Part shown: positions 56,101 to 64,000 of the stretch, one piece after another
Numbering within the stretch: the stretch's first letter is position 1
How the letters are laid out: every line of letters begins with the position of its first letter
Assembly: GCA_964187785.1 (NCBI GenBank)
Contig: OZ076409.1
Coordinates: 15,378,001 to 15,442,000, forward strand
From: Amphiscolops sp. MND2022
Lineage: Eukaryota
DNA length: 64,000 nt
Direction of reading: 5' to 3'
Program-made: the position numbers and the translations under genes
Notes under the pieces: model-generated
Seen by the model: only the letters and a program-made list of their open reading frames with translations
The model's database searches: none
What the model was told of the DNA's origin: nothing

Positions 56101-59100
56101 GTTTTCGCGGACGCCTTTTCTATAGGCTATGTCTATTTTTTCCATCTTTTCACTTTGATCTACTTTGCAACAGTGTCACCGAAGTTAAAACTCACTTTGT
56201 TACAAAAAGAATATAAGGAATAACTCAGTGAAGTTCCCAAAGAACGCGGCAAAACTTTCTTCGTGAGGGTTTTTCTTACGCTTTTTCCAGTGGTGCTCTC
56301 CAATTTTTCACATCTTTTCAATTTAAAACACTTTGCAAAACTTTCACCAAAGTTAAACCACGTTTCTTGACAAAAAAAGCTACAACAGCGTAGGAGTTTC
56401 CGTGGACGCTCTCTCCAAAGTTGTAGTCTATTTTTTTCCGTCTTTTTAACTTGACTAACTTTCGAAGTAAGTTGAAACCTGTTTGTGTTCACTATCATAT
56501 TTTATTAATTTGAAATCAAGGGTCAATGGTGCAGAGGTTGTGTACTAGGCTCTCATAACAATCGCTTGAGTTCGAAACCCTCAATCAACTTTTTTTTTCG
56601 GAGAATGCGATCGTGATTCTGGAACATTGTCTGCGAAGTTAAACCACGTTTTTTGATAAAGTCGATAAAGTCCACGAATTCAAGTGCAGACTTCATTGTT
56701 TAATGCAATTTTTTGTTACTTAGATAAAGTTTCAGAATTGGGCGCCAGCCCGAAGGCTGGCTTTGTTACCACTCAGGCCTTTGAAAGCTGGTTAAGGCCC
56801 AAAGGATCCTGAGGGTCAAACTTGGCTTTCCGCTTCCGTCGATTCCGCTTCTTTGGGGGAGGCGGTTCTTGGGGAGAGGAATAGTCCAACACGGCTAGAT
56901 TACTATTTTGACTGCGCTTTCGCCTTGCTCTCTTTCGGACTCGAGGATCCTCCAGAGTGTCAGTTGTTGGTTCGAGCGGAATCAATTTCATAGCTAGCAA
57001 AATATGTTTTTGAGGTTTTCAACGCGAGACTTAATTCATCCTTTCTGACATTTCTGGGGCAGCTGCGAGTGATTGGGTATACTTAAACATGTGTAGAGTC
57101 AAAAAAACCTATATTCGACTAGATTATTGTAATGCAGTGATTTCTTTTACATCTGCGTACGTAATGTCTGTGCTTATGTAAAGTCGGAAACAATAGACAT
57201 ACGGGCGATGCAAGTTCGTCATGGTGCAGGCGTTTACCACTATCACGGAGCTTGAATAAACAACCGATAGCGTAGAGGTTGCGTATCAGACTCTGCTTCC
57301 AGTGTTTTCAGTTCGATCCCCTCTATCGCTCCTTTTCTTTCAAATATTGTCAGCGTGAAGAGCCTTCCAAAAGCTCTGGGTTATTCTTTTCTCTTAGTGG
57401 GTCGCTTGCAACGACTGTTTTGCAAGATAACGTGGACTAGAGGTTACGTTGGTCCACAGGTTCGTTAGAGTGTTGTTTTGGTAGCTTTGGGTTCGATCCC
57501 CGTGGTGGACTTGGATGGGCACTTGAGTTGATCAATTTAAAAGTTCTTTCATTATTTGAATACGAATGCTTACTTTGGAAGCGGCAAAATATCAAGATAG
57601 GGATTTTTGGACTCTTTCCAATACCGTTGTCCATTTTTGCAGTCTTTTCAACAGTCAATGGCGTAGTGGTTGCGTGTTAGATTTCAATTCCAATGTCTTG
57701 AGTTCGATTCCCTCAATCAAATTTTTTATAAAAATTTTGTCGGCGGAGACAGTATTTCAAAACCACTGGATTATTCTTCTCCCTTAATGGTGCGCTTAAA
57801 ACCACTGTTTTGCAAGATATCGTGGCCTAGGGGTTGTGTTGGTGGTTAGGTTTGGTTTAGCGTTGTTCTGGTATCTTTGGGTTCGGTCCCCGGGGATGGA
57901 ATTTGTTCCGCACTTGAATAGATAGAGTGTTATCGCTTACACCCAACTTGGTTGTTTAATTCGACACAACTACCGAATATAGCATTATGAATTCGTCCAA
58001 ATTTGAATTGGAATGCTTACTTTGGAAGCGGCGAAAACTTCAGCATAGGGACTATTTGAACGTTTTTTCCAATGACGTTGACGATGTTTTCACATCGTTT
58101 CAACAGTCAATAGCGTAGTGGTTGTGTGATAGATTTCCATTCCAATGTCTTGAGTTCGATTCCTTCGATCAAAATTTTTTTCAAAAAATTGTCCGCGTGG
58201 ACAGTCTTTCGGAAGCACTGGATTATTCCAATCACTTAGTGGTGAGCCTAAAACCACTGTTTCGCAAGATATCGTGGCCTAGAAGTTGCGTGTTAGACTC
58301 ACAACCCAATGTATTGAGTTCGATTCCCCCCATGGATTTTTTTTAAAAATATTTGTCAGCGTGAACAGTCTTTTGAAAGCTTTGGTGTTCTTCTTTTTCC
58401 TTAATGGTGCGATGCGCTTGCAACTACTGTTCAGCAAGAGATCGTGGTCTAGAGGTTGCGTTGGTTGTCAGGTTCGTCCGGGAGTTATTCTTGTAGCTTT
58501 GGGTTCAATCCCGGGATTGACATGGTTCAGCAGTTGAATTGATAGTGATATGGCTTAAACCCAATTTGATTGTTCATTTTTACACATACCGAATATAGCA
58601 TTATGAATTCGTCCAAAATTTGAAATGGAATGCTTACTTTGGAAACGGCTAAAACTTCAGCATAGTGATTATTTGGATGTTCTTTCCAATGACGTTGTCC
58701 ATTTTTACATCGTTTCAAAAGTCCATAGCGTAGTGGTTGCGTAATAGATTTCCATTCCAATGTCTTGAGTTCGATTCCCTCGATCAAGGTTTTTTAAAAA
58801 ATTTGTCCGCGTGGACAGTCTTTCAGAAGCACTGGATTATTCCATTCACTTAGTGGTGCGCCTAAAACCACTGTTTCGCAAGATATCGTGGCCTAGAGGT
58901 TGCGTGTTAGACTCTCAACCCAATGTCTTGAGTTCGATTCCCGCCATCGATCTTTTTTTTAAAAAAATTGTCAGCGTGAACAGTCTTTCAAAAGCATTGG
59001 TGTTCATCTTTTTCCTTAATGGTGCGGTGCGCTTGCAACTACTGTTCAGCAAGAGATCGTGGGATAGAGGTTGCTTGAGTTCAAATCCCTTAGTCAACTT

Positions 59101-62100
59101 TTATTTTACGAAGAGAGTGATTGTGGTTCAACAACATTGGCACCGAAGTTAAACCACGTTTTTTGACAAAATCGAAAAACCTCAAAATTATAACAACATT
59201 AGTTAACGACAAATGCAGATAACAATCTTTGGAGGGCAACATGAATTACATCATGGTTTTCGCGGACGCCTTTTCTATAGGCTATGTCTATTTTTTCCAT
59301 CTTTTCACTTTGATCTACTTTGCAACAGTGTCACCGAAGTTAAAACTCACTTTGTTACCAAAAAAATATAAGGAATAACTCAGTGAAGTTCCCAAAGAAC
59401 GCGGCAAAACTTTCTTCGTGAGGGTTTTTCTTACGCTTTTTCCAGTGGTGCTCTCCAATTTTTCACATCTTTTCAATTTAAAACACTTTGCAAAACTTTC
59501 ACCAAAGTTAAACCACGTTTCTTGACAAAAAAAGCTACAACAGCGTAGGAGTTTCCGTGGACGCTCTCTCCAAAGTTGTAGTCTATTTTTTTCCGTCTTT
59601 TTAACTTGACTAACTTTCGAAGTAAGTTGAAACCTGTTTGTGTTCACTATCATATTTTATTAATTTGAAATCAAGGGTCAATGGTGCAGAGGTTGTGTAC
59701 TAGGCTCTCATAACAATCGCTTGAGTTCGAAACCCTCAATCAACTTTTTTTTTCGGAGAATGCGATGGTGATTCTGGAACATTGTCTGCGAAGTTAAACC
59801 ACGTTTTTTGATAAAGTCGATAAAGTCCACGAATTCAAGTGCAGACTTCATTGTTTAATGCAATTTTTTGTTACTTAGATAAAGTTTCAGAATTGGGCGC
59901 CAGCCCGAAGGCTGGCTTTGTTACCACTCAGGCCTTTGAAAGCTGGTTAAGGCCCAAAGGATCCTGAGGGTCAAACTTGGCTTTCCGCTTCCGTCGATTC
60001 CGCTTCTTTGGGGGAGGCGGTTCTTGGGGAGAGGAATAGTCCAACACGGCTAGATTACTATTTTGACTGCGCTTTCGCCTTGCTCTCTTTCGGACTCGAG
60101 GATCCTCCAGAGTGTCAGTTGTTGGTTCGAGCGGAATCAATTTCATAGCTAGCAAAATATGTTTTTGAGGTTTTCAACGCGAGACATAATTCATCCACTC
60201 TGACATTTCTGGGGCAGCTGCGAGTGATTGGATATACTTAAACATGTGTAGAGTCAAAAAAACCTATATTCGACTAGATTATTGTAATGCAGTGATTTCT
60301 TTTACATCTGCGTACGTAATGTCTGTGCTTATGTAAAGTCGGAAACAATAGACATACGGGCGATGCAAGTTCGTTATGGCGCAGGCGTTTACCACTATCA
60401 CGGAGCTTGAATAAACAACCGATAGCGTAGAGGTTGCGTATCAGACTCTGCTTCCAGTGTTTTCAGTTCGATCCCCTCTATCGATCCTTTTCTTTCAAAT
60501 ATTGTCAGCGTGAAGAGCCTTTCAAAAGCTCTGGGTTATTCTTTTCTCTTAGTGAGTCGCTTACAACCACTGTTTTGCAAGATAACTTGGACTAGAGGTT
60601 ACGTTGGTCCACAGGTTCGTTAGAGTGTTGTTTTGGTAGCTTTGGGTTCGATCCCCGTGGTGGACTTGGATGGGCACTTGAGTTGATCAATTTGAAAGTT
60701 CTTTCATTATTTGAATACGAATGCTTACTTTGGAAGCGGCAAAATTTCAAGATAGGGATTTTTGGACTCTTTCCAATACCGTTGTCCGTTTTTTGCAGTC
60801 TTTTCAAAAGTCCATAGCGTAGTGGTTGCGTAATAGATTTCCATTCCAATGTCTTGAGTTCGATTCCCTCGATCAAGGTTTTTCAAAAAATTTGTCCGCG
60901 TGGACAGTCTTTCAGAAGCACTGGATTATTCCATTCACTTAGTGGTGCGCCTAAAACCACTGTTTCGCAAGATATCGTGGCCTAGAGGTTGCGTGTTAGA
61001 CTCTCAACCCAATGTCTTGAGTTCGATTCCCGCCATCGATCTTTTTTTAAAAAAAATTGTCAGCGTGAACAGTCTTTCAAAAGCATTGGTGTTCTTCTTT
61101 TTCCTTAATGGTGCGGTGCGCTTGCAACTACTGTTCAGCAAGAGATCGTGGGATAGAGGTTGCTTGAGTTCAAATCCCTTAGTCAACTTTTATTTTACGA
61201 AGAGAGTGATTGTGGTTCAACAACATTGGCACCGAAGTTAAACCACGTTTTTTGACAAAATCGAAAAACCTCAAAATTATAACAACATTAGTTAACGACA
61301 AATGCAGATAACAATCTTTGGAGGGCAACATGAATTACATCATGGTTTTCGCGGACGCCTTTTCTATAGGCTATGTCTATTTTTTCCATCTTTTCACTTT
61401 GATCTACTTTGCAACAGTGTCACCGAAGTTAAAACTCACTTTGTTACAAAAAGAATATAAGGAATAACTCAGTGAAGTTCCCAAAGAACGCGGCAAAACT
61501 TTCTTCGTGAGGGTTTTTCTTACGCTTTTTCCAGTGGTGCTCTCCAATTTTTCACATCTTTTCAATTTAAAACACTTTGCAAAACTTTCACCAAAGTTAA
61601 ACCACGTTTCTTGACAAAAAAAGCTACAACAGCGTAGGAGTTTCCGTGGACGCTCTCTCCAAAGTTGTAGTCTATTTTTTTCCGTCTTTTTAACTTGACT
61701 AACTTTCGAAGTAAGTTGAAACCTGTTTGTGTTCACTATCATATTTTATTAATTTGAAATCAAGGGTCAATGGTGCAGAGGTTGTGTACTAGGCTCTCAT
61801 AACAATCGCTTGAGTTCGAAACCCTCAATCAACTTTTTTTTTCGGAGAATGCGATCGTGATTCTGGAACATTGTCTGCGAAGTTAAACCACGTTTTTTGA
61901 TAAAGTCGATAAAGTCCACGAATTCAAGTGCAGACTTCATTGTTTAATGCAATTTTTTGTTACTTAGATAAAGTTTCAGAATTGGGCGCCAGCCCGAAGG
62001 CTGGCTTTGTTACCACTCAGGCCTTTGAAAGCTGGTTAAGGCCCAAAGGATCCTGAGGGTCAAACTTGGCTTTCCGCTTCCGTCGATTCCGCTTCTTTGG

Positions 62101-64000
62101 GGGAGGCGGTTCTTGGGGAGAGGAATAGTCCAACACGGCTAGATTACTATTTTGACTGCGCTTTCGCCTTGCTCTCTTTCGGACTCGAGGATCCTCCAGA
62201 GTGTCAGTTGTTGGTTCGAGCGGAATCAATTTCATAGCTAGCAAAATATGTTTTTGAGGTTTTCAACGCGAGACATAATTCATCCACTCTGACATTTCTG
62301 GGGCAGCTGCGAGTGATTGGGTATACTTAAACATGTGTAGAGTCAAAAAAACCTATATTCGACTAGATTATTGTAATGCAGTGATTTCTTTTACATCTGC
62401 GTACGTAATGTCTGTGCTTATGTAAAGTCGGAAACAATAGACATACGGGCGATGCAAGTTCGTTATGGCGCAGGCGTTTACCACTATCACGGAGCTTGAA
62501 TAAACAACCGATAGCGTAGAGGTTGCGTATCAGACTCTGCTTCCAGTGTTTTCAGTTCGATCCCCTCTATCGATCCTTTTCTTTCAAATATTGTCAGCGT
62601 GAAGAGCTTTTCAAAAGCTCTGGGTTATTCTTTTCTCTTAGTGAGTCGCTTACAACCACTGTTTTGCAAGATAACTTGGACTAGAGGTTACGTTGGTCCA
62701 CAGGTTCGTTAGAGTGTTGTTTTGGTAGCTTTGGGTTCGATCCCCGTGGTGGACTTGGATGGGCACTTGAGTTGATCAATTTGAAAGTTCTTTCATTATT
62801 TGAATACGAATGCTTACTTTGGAAGCGGCAAAATTTCAAGATAGGGATTTTTGGACTCTTTCCAATACCGTTGTCCGTTTTTTGCAGTCTTTTCAACAGT
62901 CAAGGGCGTAGTGGTTGCGTGTTAGATTTCCATTCCAATGTCTTGAGTTCGATTCCCTCAATCAAATTTTTCATAAAATTTTTGTCGGCGGAGACAGTAT
63001 TTCAAAACCACTGGATTATTCTTCTCCCTTAATGGTGCGCCTAAAACCACTGTTTTGCAAGATATCGTGGCCTAGGGGTTGTGTTGGTGGTTAGGTTTGG
63101 TTTAGCGTTTTTCTGGTATCTTTGGGTTCGGTTCCCGGGGATGGAATTTGTTCCGCACTTGTATAGATAAAGTGTTATCGCTTACACCCAACTTGGTTGT
63201 TTAATTCGACACAACTACCGAATATAGCATTATGAATTCGTCCAAAATTTGAATTGGAATGCTTACTTTGGAAGCGGCGAAAACTTCAGCATAGGGACTA
63301 TTTGAACGATTTTTCCAATGACGTTGTCGATTTTTTCACATCGTTTCAACAGTCAATAGCTTAGTGGTTGTGTGATAGATTTCCATTCCAATGTCTTGAG
63401 TTCGATTCCCTCGATCAAAATTTTTTCAAAAAATTGTCCGCGTGGACAGTCTTTCAGAAGCACTGGATTATTCCAATCACTTAGTGGTGCGCCTAAAACC
63501 ACTGTTTCGCAAGATATCGTGGCCTAGAGGTTGCGTGATAGACTCACAACCCAATGTCTTGAGTTCGATTCCCGCCATCGATCTTTTTTCAAAAAAATTG
63601 TCAGCGTGAACAGTCTTTTAAAACCAATGGTGTTCTTCTTTTTCCTTAATGGTGCGCTTGCAACTACTGTTCAGCAAGAGATCGTGGCCTAGACGTTGCG
63701 TTGATTGTCAGGTTTGTCCGGGTGTTATTCTGGTAGCTTTGGGTTCAATCCCCGGGATGGACACGGTTCAGCGCTTGAATTGATCGTGTTATGGCTTAAA
63801 CCCAACTTGATTGTTCATTTCGACACATACCGTATATAAGACTCTAAGTTCGTTCATTATTTGAATACGAATGCTGACTTTGGAAGCGGCAAAAATTTCA
63901 ACATAGTGATTTTTGGACTCCTTCCAATAACGTTGTCCATTTTTTCACATCTTTTAAACAGTAAATGGCGTAGTGGTTGCGTAACAGATTGCCATACCAA
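53171..64000 (+). repeat. tRNA-derived satellite (~610-bp, three-module variant) with higher-order blocks repeated at ~3155- and ~2089-bp spacing
   Basis: Same box A/B modules as 1-3640 plus a TAGACTCTCAACCCAA module; near-identical ORF-track entries at 55656/58811/60900 and 56773/59928/62017. Confidence 0.88.

Noticed and set aside
56772..56783. CTCAGGCCTTTG shared with the L1/Tx1 5' end (10741-10752)
   Set aside because: 12-nt match with no extension; likely chance.

Overview
This is eukaryotic (animal-type) repetitive DNA. The core (3898-52999) is a tandem array of ~904-bp units, each carrying a 5S rRNA gene and, 93 bp upstream on the same (-) strand, an unannotated spliced-leader (SL) RNA gene; 12 pairs are present. 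The SL call rests on a ~32-nt exon ending AG|GTAAGT, a donor buried in a long stem, a second stem-loop and an Sm site AATTTTTG. The first 18 nt of the SL exon are an insertion hotspot. (i) Nine copies of two related ORF1-only, RT-less non-LTR elements (family A x7, family B x2) insert there with an identical 18-bp TSD; they share a ~120-aa C-terminal domain I cannot assign and a conserved 3'UTR block. (ii) A frameshifted APE-RT L1/Tx1-like element has its 3' junction in the same 18 nt. (iii) Helitron-type 3' (hairpin+CTAG) and 5' (A|TC) ends bound the array at the same A|T step, and tRNA-derived satellite lies beyond them on both sides. A 17-kb palindromic insertion (7.4- and 8.1-kb arms, no TSD, asymmetric hairpin end) sits in one spacer. 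Its arms encode a PC4-like protein and an HxH (HUH-like) motif protein, and its centre holds an intron-containing TRAF pseudogene. All calls were made by eye with no database searches; the organism is not determined.
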